This document shows, in pieces, positions 53,716-64,000 of a DNA stretch of 64,000 nt. Each line of letters starts with the position of its first letter. Position 1 is the first letter of the stretch. The notes under the pieces were generated by a model, which worked only from the letters and a program-made list of their open reading frames with translations, was not told the origin of the DNA and did no database searches. The stretch spans positions 1 through 64,000 of the IMG/VR virus record IMGVR_UViG_3300046030_000054, one strand, 5' to 3'. The DNA is from a virus (lineage: Duplodnaviria; Caudoviricetes). The translations under genes and the position numbers were made by a program.

Positions 53716-54851
53716 GTTCACCAACCCACCACGCATTATTATCGGCTTCCAGTGCTCATCGTTGGCTAAGTGCTCCACCACTACCACGACTAGAGCAGTA
53801 CTTTCCGCACACCACTTCAAACGCTGCCGCTGAAGGAACAGCTGCCCACGCACTAGGAGAATATAAGATCCATCGATTGCTCGGTGATAGGTTCAAGCGT
53901 CCTACTTCTGATTACCAATCAGATGAGATGGAAGACCTAACCGATGATTACGCTAGCTATGTCCTGGGACAATACCACCAAGCTAAGAAGTATGCTTCTG
54001 ACGCCACCATCAATGTGGAACAGAAACTAGACTTCTCCAAGTACGTTCCAGAAGGCTTCGGTACCGGCGACTGCGTGATCGTTTCTGATCACCTACTCCA
54101 CATTATCGACTTCAAGTATGGCAAGGGTGTCCGGGTGGAAGCCAAGAACAACCCTCAGATGAAGCTCTATGCCGTTGGAGCATTAGAGATGTTTGGCAGT
54201 CTGTACAACATCGATGAAGTTGAAACTACAATCTTTCAACCTCGCATGGCCAATATCAGTACCTGGACCATTAATGCCCAAAAATTGATGCACTGGGCCA
54301 ATACCGAACTGAAAGAAAAAGCCGAACTTGCCTTTGCTGGTCAAGGTACCGTCCATTATGGTCCCTGGTGCCAATTCTCTTCTTGCAATGCTGTACTGCG
54401 AGCTCGTTTTGACCATCATCACAAGCTCACCCGCTTCCAGCTACACTCACCCAACCTGCTCACTGACGCGGAAGTTACCGAAGTACTGGAGCATATCGAT
54501 GATTTGAATCGCTGGGCTCACGAAGTTAAAGACTATGCTGCTGACCTTGCCATTAACCATGGTAAGCAGTGGCCCGGCTACAAGATTGTCGAAGGACGGT
54601 CCATCCGCCATTACAAGGATGAAGCTGCCGTAGCAAAAATTGCTGAAGAACATGGCTACCATGATATTTACCAAAAGAAGCTATTACCGATTACAAAACT
54701 AGAAAAACAGGTCGGTAAGAAGAAATTCACCGAACTGTTTAGTCAAGAAATTGTTAAGCCTGCGGGTAAGCCAACCCTGGTGCCAAATTCAGATCGACGT
54801 CAGAGTATTAGCAAATCTAACCCACAAGATGAATTTAAGGAGGAAAAATAA
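53712..54851 (+). CDS. DUF2800 PD-(D/E)XK nuclease
   Basis: Paralogue of 13842-14981. Confidence 0.85.
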   Translation: MSSPTHHALLSASSAHRWLSAPPLPRLEQYFPHTTSNAAAEGTAAHALGEYKIHRLLGDRFKRPTSDYQSDEMEDLTDDYASYVLGQYHQAKKYASDATINVEQKLDFSKYVPEGFGTGDCVIVSDHLLHIIDFKYGKGVRVEAKNNPQMKLYAVGALEMFGSLYNIDEVETTIFQPRMANISTWTINAQKLMHWANTELKEKAELAFAGQGTVHYGPWCQFSSCNAVLRARFDHHHKLTRFQLHSPNLLTDAEVTEVLEHIDDLNRWAHEVKDYAADLAINHGKQWPGYKIVEGRSIRHYKDEAAVAKIAEEHGYHDIYQKKLLPITKLEKQVGKKKFTELFSQEIVKPAGKPTLVPNSDRRQSISKSNPQDEFKEEK

Positions 54852-54852
54852 T

Positions 54853-55404
54853 ATGTCACAACAAACTAAGGTCGTTACCGGTATCAACACTCGTCTCTCT
54901 TATGCCAACATCTGGGAACCTAAGTCTATCAATGGTGGTAAGGAAAAGTATTCAGTTAGTCTAATCATCCCCAAGTCCGATCAAAAGACAGTCACTGCCA
55001 TCGAAAAAGCTATCGATGCTGCCATTCAGGAAGGAATTGGAAAGTTTGGTGGTAAGAAGCCTAATAAGGCCACTCTCAAGCTACCTCTTCGAGATGGGGA
55101 TGTGGAGCGTGATGATGCCGCCTACCAAGATAGTTACTTTATCAATGCTAATTCGATCACGGCACCACAGATTGTGGATAAGCATGTCCAACCAATCCTT
55201 GATCGTGATGAAGTTTACAGTGGCTGCTATGCCCGAGTATCGATTAACTTCTATGCTTTTAACACCAACGGTAACCGTGGAATTGCCTGTGGCCTGGGTA
55301 ACATCCAAAAGATCCGTGATGGAGAACCACTAGGTGGACATGCTAGTGCCAGCGATGACTTCACAGCGATTGATGGTAGCAATGACGATGATTTCTTAGC
55401 TTAA
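54853..55404 (+). CDS. DUF2815 single-stranded DNA-binding protein
   Basis: Identical protein to 14983-15534. Confidence 0.88.
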   Translation: MSQQTKVVTGINTRLSYANIWEPKSINGGKEKYSVSLIIPKSDQKTVTAIEKAIDAAIQEGIGKFGGKKPNKATLKLPLRDGDVERDDAAYQDSYFINANSITAPQIVDKHVQPILDRDEVYSGCYARVSINFYAFNTNGNRGIACGLGNIQKIRDGEPLGGHASASDDFTAIDGSNDDDFLA

Positions 55405-55459
55405 ACCAAAAGATGGGCAGTCGACTTTGACTACCCATTTTTTGTAGAAAGGATTTCTA

Positions 55460-57394
55460 ATGAAACAGCTTTCGATTGATATTGAAACTTATTCCAGCAC
55501 CAACCTAAATCAGACTGGCGTCTATCGATACGCTGATAGCGATGATTTTGAGCTTTTGCTCTTTGGTTATGCTACCGACTTTGGCCCCGTCAAGGTGGTG
55601 GACTTAACCCAGGGTGAAAAGATTCCACCACAGATTATTGAAGCCCTAGATAATCCCAACATTATTAAGAGTGCTTTTAATGCTCAATTTGAACGGGTCT
55701 GTCTGTCACGCTTTGTTGGTCACCGCTTAAAGCCAACTGGTTGGCATTGTTCTCGCGTTTGGTCTGCCACTCTCGGCTTACCATTATCACTACGAGATGT
55801 TGGAAGCGTGTTAGGGTTACCACGGCAAAAGATCACTGCTGGTAAAGAGCTTGTGCGCTACTTCTGTACACCTTGCAAACCTACGAAGGCCAATCAAAAT
55901 CGCACTCGTAACTTCCCCTACCATGCTCCTGATAAATGGCAACAGTTTAAGCAATACAATCAGCGTGACGTCGAGGTTGAAATGGAAATCACCCAGAAGC
56001 TCGAATGCTTCCCCGTCCCACAGAATGAATGGGAAAACTACTGGATGGATCAAGACATTAATGATCGCGGTATCCGGATTGACCAACAACTGGTTAACAA
56101 TGCGATCAAATGTCAAAACGTCTTCCATGACCAGTACTTACAAACTGCTAAAGAATTAACAGGTCTAGCAAATCCTAACTCTCCATTACAGCTAAAAGAC
56201 TGGCTCCAGCAGCAAGGTATTAAAACTAATTCACTATCCAAAGCATCAGTGGCACAGCTATTACAAACCACTACCGGCACGGTCCATCAAGTTTTAGCTC
56301 TCCGCCAGTTGTTATCTAAATCAAGTGTCAAAAAGTATCAGGCTATGCAGAAAGCTATGTGCCAAGATGGCCGCGTGCATGGTTTACTGCAATTCTATGG
56401 TGCTAACCGTACCGGTCGTTGGGCCGGCAGATTAGTACAAGTTCAAAATCTCCCCCGTAATTCAATGCCCGACTTAGAAGAAGCGCGTGCGCTGGTCAAG
56501 CAAGGAAACACAACGGCACTAGCAATGCTTTACGATTCGGTCCCAGAGGTCTTATCCCAGTTAATCCGGACTGCCTTTATTCCAAGTGAAAGTCATCATT
56601 TTTACGTTGCTGACTTTTCAGCTGTAGAAGCGCGGGTCATCGCCTGGCTTTCTGGTGAACAGTGGCGCCAAAAGGCCTTCGCTAATAACGAGGATATCTA
56701 CTGTACATCCGCTAGTCAGATGTTTGGTGTTCCAGTCGTGAAATACGGGATTAATGGTGAGCTCCGCCAAAAAGGCAAGATTGCTGAATTAGCTCTCGGC
56801 TATGGCGGTTCTATTGGAGCACTTAAAGCCATGGGTGCCACCAAACTCGGTTTAACTGAAGATGAATTACCACCCCTAGTTGAGATGTGGCGGCAGGCTA
56901 GCCCTCACATTGTGCAATTTTGGTGGGACGTTGATAAAGCAGCTAAAGAATGCATTAAAACCCACCTTCCTCAAGAATCTCACGGTATGAAATTCGCCTA
57001 CCGCAGTGGTTGTATGTTTCTAAAATTACGTTCTGGTCGATCTCTTTGTTATCCCCAACCTAAGATCGGCACCAATCGCTTTGGTTCTGAATCGATTACC
57101 TTCATGGGAATCAACACCGTGAAAAAATGGGATCGAATTGAAACCTATGGGGCCAAGTTGGTAGAAAACATTGTCCAAGCAACTAGTCGTGACCTGCTAG
57201 CTGAAGCAATGCGGCGGTTAGAAGCTACTGAGAATACGGTGGTAATGCATATTCACGATGAAGCCGTAATTGACGCCCCAACTGGGCGTTCACTCGCTAC
57301 CATGGTCAAGATTATGACTGAAGTGCCTGATTGGGCAAATGGTCTAATTTTGAACGCTGCTGGTTTTGTCGGTGATTTTTACAAAAAAGATTAA
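55460..57394 (+). CDS. Phage family A DNA polymerase
   Basis: Paralogue of 15590-17524. Confidence 0.92.
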   Translation: MKQLSIDIETYSSTNLNQTGVYRYADSDDFELLLFGYATDFGPVKVVDLTQGEKIPPQIIEALDNPNIIKSAFNAQFERVCLSRFVGHRLKPTGWHCSRVWSATLGLPLSLRDVGSVLGLPRQKITAGKELVRYFCTPCKPTKANQNRTRNFPYHAPDKWQQFKQYNQRDVEVEMEITQKLECFPVPQNEWENYWMDQDINDRGIRIDQQLVNNAIKCQNVFHDQYLQTAKELTGLANPNSPLQLKDWLQQQGIKTNSLSKASVAQLLQTTTGTVHQVLALRQLLSKSSVKKYQAMQKAMCQDGRVHGLLQFYGANRTGRWAGRLVQVQNLPRNSMPDLEEARALVKQGNTTALAMLYDSVPEVLSQLIRTAFIPSESHHFYVADFSAVEARVIAWLSGEQWRQKAFANNEDIYCTSASQMFGVPVVKYGINGELRQKGKIAELALGYGGSIGALKAMGATKLGLTEDELPPLVEMWRQASPHIVQFWWDVDKAAKECIKTHLPQESHGMKFAYRSGCMFLKLRSGRSLCYPQPKIGTNRFGSESITFMGINTVKKWDRIETYGAKLVENIVQATSRDLLAEAMRRLEATENTVVMHIHDEAVIDAPTGRSLATMVKIMTEVPDWANGLILNAAGFVGDFYKKD

Positions 57395-57401
57395 TCTTCA
57401 T

Positions 57402-57446
57402 GGTTTACTTTCAGTCCTCATCTGGCTTATCAGTGAGGACTTTTTT
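57402..57446 (+). promoter_or_regulatory. Sigma-promoter-like motif (E2 copy b) overlapping a hairpin
   Basis: GGTTTACTTT-N10-CTGGCTTAT; hairpin GTCCTCA/TGAGGAC covaries with E1 GCCCTCA/TGAGGGC. Confidence 0.6.
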
Positions 57447-57460
57447 AGTTCTTAAATTTT

Positions 57461-57874
57461 ATGAAAGGATCTGAATTAATGTCAGAAGTCATTCAAGCCC
57501 AAGCGGCAATCGACAAGCTGCGGATTGATAAGTCAAATTCTCACTACCGGCCCTTTATCTTTGTCATCGCTCCATTTACAGAGGTTGTGAAAAGACAGGA
57601 TAAAGCAATTCAGGCAGTTCAAAGCTACTGCCGCTTTGTCTACCAAGCAGGTGGTATTCCAATCTGTCCACAACTTTATCTACCGCAATTCATTAACATG
57701 CACCGTTCGCGAGAATTTCAAATCGCTGCTTTTATTAATATCGTGCTGCTCACCAAATGCTCTGAAGCCTGGTCATTCGGTCAACCAACTCATGACATGC
57801 GATATTTCTGCCGTTTAGCTAAACGCAAGGGCAAAAAGGTTCGTTACTTTAATTTGAAAATGGAGGTTCATTAA
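57461..57874 (+). CDS. DUF4406/DUF7768-like protein
   Basis: Paralogue of 17591-17995. Confidence 0.65.
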   Translation: MKGSELMSEVIQAQAAIDKLRIDKSNSHYRPFIFVIAPFTEVVKRQDKAIQAVQSYCRFVYQAGGIPICPQLYLPQFINMHRSREFQIAAFINIVLLTKCSEAWSFGQPTHDMRYFCRLAKRKGKKVRYFNLKMEVH

Positions 57875-57875
57875 G

Positions 57876-60125
57876 ATGCACTTTACCTTATCCACTGCCC
57901 TGGTAACTGGTCAGGCTAGCAACACTAGCTATCCTCAACAGATCATCATTACCAACCAAGATGAATTGCTCAAAGCAGTTAGCCACGACCATGTCTGTGG
58001 AATTTTCAAATCTAACCAACGAAATATTGGGAACTTTATCAGTGCGGACTGTCTAGTCATGGATTGCGATAATGATCACTCCGAAGATCCGTCAGCCTGG
58101 ATTCATCCGAGTGATCTGCCAAATTATTTCGATAGCGTGGCATATGCGATCACTTTATCTCGCAACAATATGAAAGCCAAGCATGGTAAAAAACCACGAC
58201 CGAAGTTTCATATCTACTTTCCTATTAAACCAATTAAAAATGCGAAAACCTATGCTGAATTAAAGCACGAAATTCAAGCTTACTTTCCTTATTTTGATGA
58301 CAACGCCTTGGATACAGCCCGCTTCGTGTTTGGTGTTGCTACCACTAAAGTTATCTGGCATGAAGGCAGCCAAACGATCGACCAATTCATGATGGCCCAG
58401 CGCTTCTTTGACCAGCAAAAAATTGGTGGCATCCCCGAAGGAAAACGCAATGCCACCCTTTCTCACTTTGCTGGCCGTTTAGTAATGCGCTTAGGTGATA
58501 CCGCTGAAGCTCGTCAGGCATTTCAGGAGGAAGCCGCTAAGTGCAATCCACCACTAAGCAAGCAGGAGTTAAAAAACATCTGGCACAGTGCCATTAAATT
58601 CGGGCAGCGAATGGCTAGTCAAAAAGGCTATATTCCGCCTGAAGAATACAATCAGCCCAATGACGATCTACAACCGGATGATTACTCGGATACTGGTGAA
58701 TCTTATGTCTTTGTCAACAACTGCAAAGAGCGGGTTTGCTATACCAACCAATCAGGTTTTATGTGGTTCGATGGGAAGGTTTGGCAGGAATCGGAACCTT
58801 TAGCTCTCGGTGAAGTCCAGCGCTTTACCGATAAACAATTAGCCGATGCCCGACTTCGAGTCACTCAAAGTTACCAAGCAATTCAGAACAATGGTGTGGC
58901 ACAGGGCTTACAAGCTATGGGTAAAACCAAGGCCCGGCGCACCTTTAGTGATGAGCAATTAAAAGCCTTAAACGAATTTGAAGCAGCCAAAGAATATGAA
59001 GCCTTTGTATTAAAGGAACGCAGCACGCATGGCATTAGCGGAGTGTTAGTCAATGCTCGGCCCAAGATCAATAAGAAAATCAGTGAGTTTGATGCCGATC
59101 CATTTTTGTTAAACACCCCCGCTGGTCCTTATAACCTGCAAAAAGGGATGCATGGCCAACAAGACATCAAGGCCAGTGAATTAATTACTAAGTCCACCTC
59201 TTGCATCCCCGGAGACAAAGGTAAGGAGCTCTGGCAGGAAGCGTTGAACACGTTCTTTTGTAATGATCAAGAGTTAATCAATTATGTTCAAGAAATTGTG
59301 GGACTTGTTGCTATCGGTCAAGTTTATTTGGAAGCCTTAATTATCGCCTATGGGGATGGACGCAACGGAAAATCGACCTTCTGGAATACGATTGCCAATG
59401 TGCTCGGCACTTATACTGGCCACCTATCTGCTGATGCTTTGACTACTGGTGTGCGGCGCAATGTCAAACCGGAAATGGCCGAGGTTAAAGGCAAGCGACT
59501 GATCATCTCCGCGGAATTGGAAGAAGGTAAACGCCTGAACACTTCGATTATTAAGCAACTCTGTTCAACCGATGAAATCTATGCCGAAAAGAAATACATG
59601 AAGCCGTTCTCGTTTACTCCGAGCCATACGATGGTTCTTTATACTAACTACCTGCCCCATGTCGGTGGCAACGATGAAGGTATCTGGCGCCGCCTAATCG
59701 TGATCCCCTTTAAGGCCAAGATTACTAAACGACAAGATATTAAAAACTATACCCAGCACTTAACCGAAAATGCTGGTCCGGCTGTTTTGCAGTGGATTAT
59801 CGAGGGCGCCCAGCGGATCATTCAGCAAAATTACCAGTTAAGCACTCCGCCTGCGGTAGTGAAAGCGGTGGAAGCCTACCAAGCTGATAATGATTGGCTC
59901 GGTCATTTTCTCAACGAAAAATGCGAATTAAACCCAGAATATGAGCAAAAGTCCGGTGACCTCTATCAAAAGTACCGGGAATACTGCCAGGGTATCGGTG
60001 AATATATCCGCAGTACTTCAGACTTTTACACGGCGCTACAGAATGCTGGCTTTCAGCGTCAAAGAAAGCACAGTGGACGTTTCGTGAAGGGGTTACGACT
60101 AAAGACTAAGGAATTTCTTAATTGA
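57876..60125 (+). CDS. P4-family primase/helicase
   Basis: YGDGRNGKST; paralogue of 17998-20253. Confidence 0.9.
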   Translation: MHFTLSTALVTGQASNTSYPQQIIITNQDELLKAVSHDHVCGIFKSNQRNIGNFISADCLVMDCDNDHSEDPSAWIHPSDLPNYFDSVAYAITLSRNNMKAKHGKKPRPKFHIYFPIKPIKNAKTYAELKHEIQAYFPYFDDNALDTARFVFGVATTKVIWHEGSQTIDQFMMAQRFFDQQKIGGIPEGKRNATLSHFAGRLVMRLGDTAEARQAFQEEAAKCNPPLSKQELKNIWHSAIKFGQRMASQKGYIPPEEYNQPNDDLQPDDYSDTGESYVFVNNCKERVCYTNQSGFMWFDGKVWQESEPLALGEVQRFTDKQLADARLRVTQSYQAIQNNGVAQGLQAMGKTKARRTFSDEQLKALNEFEAAKEYEAFVLKERSTHGISGVLVNARPKINKKISEFDADPFLLNTPAGPYNLQKGMHGQQDIKASELITKSTSCIPGDKGKELWQEALNTFFCNDQELINYVQEIVGLVAIGQVYLEALIIAYGDGRNGKSTFWNTIANVLGTYTGHLSADALTTGVRRNVKPEMAEVKGKRLIISAELEEGKRLNTSIIKQLCSTDEIYAEKKYMKPFSFTPSHTMVLYTNYLPHVGGNDEGIWRRLIVIPFKAKITKRQDIKNYTQHLTENAGPAVLQWIIEGAQRIIQQNYQLSTPPAVVKAVEAYQADNDWLGHFLNEKCELNPEYEQKSGDLYQKYREYCQGIGEYIRSTSDFYTALQNAGFQRQRKHSGRFVKGLRLKTKEFLN

Positions 60126-60295
60126 GAGTGTCACCGACCGTCACTTTCAATTAACGAGAAAGCGTGTTCCATTAACATTCATCTGTAATGGTGACAGTCG
60201 TGACAGTCTATTTCTTTACTTGTATATAGGAATAAAAAATAGAAAAAAAGAGTATAGAAAAGAGTAGTAAATCGACTGACATGACCGTCACAAAC
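60125..60295. repeat. Putative origin iterons
   Basis: GTGTCACCGACCGTCAC, GTGACAGTCGTGACAG, CTGACATGACCGTCAC. Confidence 0.55.
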
Positions 60296-60341
60296 TCTCT
60301 TAATACCTTGATGAATCAACACATAGAAAGGATTATCGAAA

Positions 60342-60623
60342 ATGCTAGAAAAACGAATCGAAACAGCTTTTGTGAAAGCTACTCAAAGTCGCGGCGGTTT
60401 ATGCCTGAAGTTCGTTTCGCCATCAATGGCTGGAGTTCCCGATCGAATTGTCCTTTTACCTGATGGTCATCTGGGCTTCGTGGAAATGAAAGCTCCCGGC
60501 AAGCATCCCCGCCCGCTGCAGGTACAAAGACTAATGCAATTAAAACAACTTGGTTTCCAAGTCTTTGTTTGCGATCAGCTTGATCAGATTGGAGGAATGC
60601 TTGATGCAATACAAACCGCATGA
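60342..60623 (+). CDS. VRR-NUC nuclease
   Basis: Paralogue of 20466-20747. Confidence 0.88.
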   Translation: MLEKRIETAFVKATQSRGGLCLKFVSPSMAGVPDRIVLLPDGHLGFVEMKAPGKHPRPLQVQRLMQLKQLGFQVFVCDQLDQIGGMLDAIQTA

Positions 60624-61959
60624 ATATCAACAATATGCAACTCGGTTTATTTTGGACCATCCCGTAGCAGCCATCTTGCTTGATATGGGCCTTGGCAAAA
60701 GTGTCATTACCCTCACGGCTATTAAGCAGCTCATTCAGGAAGGCAAGGTTCACCGGGTCCTAGTTGTGGCGCCGCTAAGAGTTGCTAAACAAACCTGGTC
60801 AGATGAAATAGAGAAGTGGGACCACTTGAAAAGCCTGACTTATTCAGTCGTAACAGGTCCCAAAATACAACGCATTAAAGCTCTGCAACAAGACGTTGAC
60901 ATTTACATTATCAATCGGGAAAACCTAAAGTGGCTGATTGAATTCTCTGGTATAAACTTTGATTATGACATGCTGGTAATTGATGAATTGTCGAGTTTCA
61001 AGTCCTATCGATCCCAACGCTTCAAGGCACTGAAACGAGTCCGTCCCCTGATTAAACGTGTGGTTGGCCTAACCGGCACGCCATCTTCTAATGGGCTAAT
61101 GGATTTGTGGGCAGAATTCCGGGTGCTGGACATGGGCAAAAGACTTGGCCGCTTCATCTCATACTACCGGACTAATTACTTTGATCCTGACAAGCGCAAT
61201 ATGTATCAAGTCTTCACTTACAAGCCAAAGCCGGGTGCTGAGCAAAGTATTTACCGGGCCATTGATGACATCACCATCTCCATGAAGTCTCAGGATTACT
61301 TGGATCTTCCACCGCTAACCATGAACAAAGTGCCGGTCAAGATGAGCAATAGCGAACAAGCAATCTATGATGAACTCAAGACTCAGCTGGTGGTTTCGAC
61401 CCACGGCAAACAGATCGATGCGCTGAACGCGGCTAGTCTGTCTAACAAACTTTGTCAGATGGCCAATGGCTGTGTTTACGATGATCAGCAGCAGGTTGTT
61501 CAAATCCACCAGCGTAAACTCGATGCCCTGGAAGATTTAGTCGAAGCTGCCAACGGCAAGCCAGTACTCGTTGCCTACTGGTTCAAGCATGACTTAGTGC
61601 AGATCAAGCAACGTTTTAATATGCGTGAAATTAAAGACACTCAAGACATTAAAGATTGGAATGCCGGTAAGATTCCGCTCGCACTAATTCATCCTGCCTC
61701 TGCGGGTCACGGACTTAATCTGCAAGCTGGAGGTGCTACTTTGATCTGGTATGGACTGACCTGGAGCTTGGAGCTTTACCAGCAAACCAACGCTCGGCTC
61801 TGGCGACAAGGACAACGTCAGCCAGTAGTTATCCACCACATCATCACCGAAGGAACCATTGACGAAAACATTCTGGCCGCCTTGAAACGTAAAGATAAAA
61901 CCCAGCTAGCGTTAATCAATGCGGTGAAAGCCAACCTGAAAGGAAGTGTTGTGGCATGA
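60604..61959 (+). CDS. SNF2-family phage helicase
   Basis: Paralogue of 20728-22083. Confidence 0.9.
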   Translation: MQYKPHEYQQYATRFILDHPVAAILLDMGLGKSVITLTAIKQLIQEGKVHRVLVVAPLRVAKQTWSDEIEKWDHLKSLTYSVVTGPKIQRIKALQQDVDIYIINRENLKWLIEFSGINFDYDMLVIDELSSFKSYRSQRFKALKRVRPLIKRVVGLTGTPSSNGLMDLWAEFRVLDMGKRLGRFISYYRTNYFDPDKRNMYQVFTYKPKPGAEQSIYRAIDDITISMKSQDYLDLPPLTMNKVPVKMSNSEQAIYDELKTQLVVSTHGKQIDALNAASLSNKLCQMANGCVYDDQQQVVQIHQRKLDALEDLVEAANGKPVLVAYWFKHDLVQIKQRFNMREIKDTQDIKDWNAGKIPLALIHPASAGHGLNLQAGGATLIWYGLTWSLELYQQTNARLWRQGQRQPVVIHHIITEGTIDENILAALKRKDKTQLALINAVKANLKGSVVA

Positions 61960-62423
61960 GTATCATGTGGAACTACTTAGACAAACGACGAGCGACCGTC
62001 GCAGCCTTGAAAGATTACGATGGTATGAAGTTCATCATTGACTCTTACCAAGACGAACTGAAACTAGCTAAGGAACAAATGGTTGGTGTCAGTTCGCCTC
62101 GCTATGGTTTCTCACCCAGTGGCAGCAAAAAGGATAACCCGACTGAACATCGCCTGCTGCATGGCATCGACCAGACAACCAAACTGAATGAACGTTACCA
62201 ACAAGCCCAGCTTTACTTCAAATGGTTCGAGCCAGCCTGGCAAGAACTATCTGACGACGAGCGGTTTGTTTTAGACGTTTGCTACCGCACTCCAAACCAG
62301 TCAATGAACGAGGGACTAACTATCATGATGGACAAGTATTTCATTGCGAAAACCACTGCTTATAATCGAAAGAACAAAGCACTCGACCACCTTACCCTTT
62401 TGCTTTATGGATCCCACCATTAG
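61956..62423 (+). CDS. ArpU/RinA-like regulator
   Basis: Near-identical to 22080-22547. Confidence 0.65.
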   Translation: MSIMWNYLDKRRATVAALKDYDGMKFIIDSYQDELKLAKEQMVGVSSPRYGFSPSGSKKDNPTEHRLLHGIDQTTKLNERYQQAQLYFKWFEPAWQELSDDERFVLDVCYRTPNQSMNEGLTIMMDKYFIAKTTAYNRKNKALDHLTLLLYGSHH

Positions 62424-62570
62424 AAAGGTAAAACGCAGAACAAACAATCAACTTATCCATGTTACGATGATAGTGTAGAAAATTAAGATAAGGCATTTGC
62501 TTTATAACACTGAAGCCTGGCAGCTTAGAACTGCTGGGCTTTTCTTATAACCTCAGAAAGGAGGAGTGTC

Positions 62571-62948
62571 ATGCCCTACTCACCCAAGAAACCATGTCGT
62601 TACCCTGGCTGCCCACGATTAACACACAATATGTATTGTGACCAACACGAAAAGATAGTCTCTTCTTATTACAATCGCCACCAACGACCAAAGCGCAGTC
62701 GTCCTCGTTATCATCGTGGCTGGCCTAGGATCAGACAAAGATACTTACTCCACCATCCCTTCTGTGAGATGTGCCTGAGCCAAGGAAGGTATACCCAAGC
62801 CACCGAGGTCCATCACGTTCTGCCTCTGGAACACGGCGGCACCAACGAGTTCAAGAACCTGATGGCATTATGTAAGCCATGCCACTCCCGCATCACCGCC
62901 CAGATGGATGATCGCTGGCATAAAAAGCCACGTCGATATCATTACTAA
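62571..62948 (+). CDS. Packaging HNH endonuclease
   Basis: Paralogue of 22696-23073. Confidence 0.9.
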   Translation: MPYSPKKPCRYPGCPRLTHNMYCDQHEKIVSSYYNRHQRPKRSRPRYHRGWPRIRQRYLLHHPFCEMCLSQGRYTQATEVHHVLPLEHGGTNEFKNLMALCKPCHSRITAQMDDRWHKKPRRYHY

Positions 62949-63067
62949 ACCACGGAGGGGGCCATCAAATCCTTAAAAATTTTTCGCGCGGGAGCGGGCC
63001 TGGGCCTTCGTGTACAAAAAATCGAAATCAAACAGGGTATTAACCCCTGCCGGAAGGAGGGAGAGAG
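62949..63067 (+). other. Putative cos region
   Basis: Nearly identical to 23074-23192. Confidence 0.6.
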
Positions 63068-63610
63068 TTGGCTAAAGATGGTACAAATCGTGGTGGCGCT
63101 CGGGTTGGGGCTGGCAGAAAATCTAAATCACTTCACGATAAGCTCGAAGCTGGCCAAGAAGCAACCGTCATCGATTTGCCAGAACCAGCTAATCTGGAAG
63201 GTCACGTGATGCCGCCAGTCAAGAAGTACCTCAAGGCCAAACAGAAGAATGGTTTAGAATTTGACGCCGCTGATATTTTCAAAGAAACCTGGGAATGGTT
63301 GGTCGAGCGTGGTTGTGAAAAACTAGTTAACACTCAATTGATTGAACAATATGCCGTTAGCGTCAGCCGGTGGATTCAGTGTGAAGAATGTATCTCTAAG
63401 TTTGGTTTCCTCGCTCGCCACCCTACGACTGGTAACGCAATTGCTTCACCATATGTTTCCATGAGCCGCGACTATATGAAACAGTCCAGCCAATTATGGT
63501 TTCAAATTTTTCAAGTGGTTAAGGAAAATAACGCCACAACTTATCAAGGATCAACACCACAAGATGATGTCATGGAACGGCTCTTAAGAAGCCGGAAAGG
63601 AATGAACTAA
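63068..63610 (+). CDS. terS: P27-family terminase small subunit
   Basis: One amino-acid difference from E1 TerS (S/A near the N-terminus). Confidence 0.85.
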   Translation: MAKDGTNRGGARVGAGRKSKSLHDKLEAGQEATVIDLPEPANLEGHVMPPVKKYLKAKQKNGLEFDAADIFKETWEWLVERGCEKLVNTQLIEQYAVSVSRWIQCEECISKFGFLARHPTTGNAIASPYVSMSRDYMKQSSQLWFQIFQVVKENNATTYQGSTPQDDVMERLLRSRKGMN

Positions 63611-64000
63611 TGAAATTTGTTAAAAAGAAAATTACCGATTTAATCCCTGCCGATTACAATCCACGGAAAGATCTCAAACCCGGCGATCCTGATTATGAAA
63701 AACTAAAACGCTCGATGCATGAATTTGGCTATGTCGATCCAATCATTTGGAACCAACAAACCGGTCATGTAGTTGGTGGGCACCAGCGCTTAAAAATTCT
63801 CCAGGATGAAGGCATCAAAGAAGCAGAGTGCGTGGTCGTTAATCTGAATGAGGACAAAGAAAAGGCCCTTAACGTAGCTTTAAACAAAATTAGTGGTGAC
63901 TGGGATAAGGACAAGTTAGCTTTACTGATGACTGATCTGCAGGCCAGCGACCTTGATGTTTCATTAACCGGTTTTGACGAAAATGAGATCTCTGACTTAC
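63610..64000 (+). CDS. ParB-N + DNA methyltransferase (partial, truncated by window end)
   Basis: ATG 63610, MKFVKKKITDLIPADYNPR; colinear with 23735-24961. Confidence 0.85.
   Translation, partial: MKFVKKKITDLIPADYNPRKDLKPGDPDYEKLKRSMHEFGYVDPIIWNQQTGHVVGGHQRLKILQDEGIKEAECVVVNLNEDKEKALNVALNKISGDWDKDKLALLMTDLQASDLDVSLTGFDENEISDL

Larger units (their letters stand above)
40050..64000. mobile_element. Element E2 (partial): paralogue of E1 with different defence cargo
   Basis: Colinear with E1 from the sigma gene to the ParB-MTase; runs off the window end. Confidence 0.85.

Overview
Low-GC Firmicutes DNA, probably a Limosilactobacillus-like lactobacillus (inferred from composition and gene style). 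The window holds one complete copy (E1, ~415-40049, ~39.6 kb) and one partial copy (E2, ~40050 to the end) of a paralogous phage-like element arranged head-to-tail. A short stub at 31-414 looks like the right end of a third unit or the displaced host gene end. Each unit junction carries the same conserved arm fused to a remnant reading 'HVE[C/S]VTVL', which resembles the 3' end of rlmD/rumA. Each unit has a ~12 kb leftward defence operon. E1: Hachiman-like hamAB with hamA frameshifted in a homopolymer, an HTH, a split Eco57I-type RM with a helicase-nuclease, GmrSD-like DUF262/DUF1524, and DUF2513. E2: ABC-three-component/Lamassu-like system, an HTH, type III Mod/Res, a ParB-like + SNF2 pair, and a membrane protein. 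Divergently comes a sigma-70 region-4 gene with a covarying pseudoknot-like leader, then a replication module (DUF2800, DUF2815 SSB, family A polymerase, P4-type primase, VRR-NUC, SNF2), an ArpU-like regulator, HNH, a cos-like site, terminases, portal, ClpP protease, HK97-type capsid, connector and head-closure genes. In E1 these are followed directly by holin and lysin with no tail genes, then a type I TA-like locus, SHOCT plus two large serine recombinases, and an nrtR-pncB-pncA NAD salvage operon. The leading candidate for an undescribed system is this tail-less, capsid-forming, lysis-competent, defence-carrying element that appears to stack at one locus. No CRISPR array, rRNA or tRNA was seen. 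All calls are from motif reading and recall; no database search was run.
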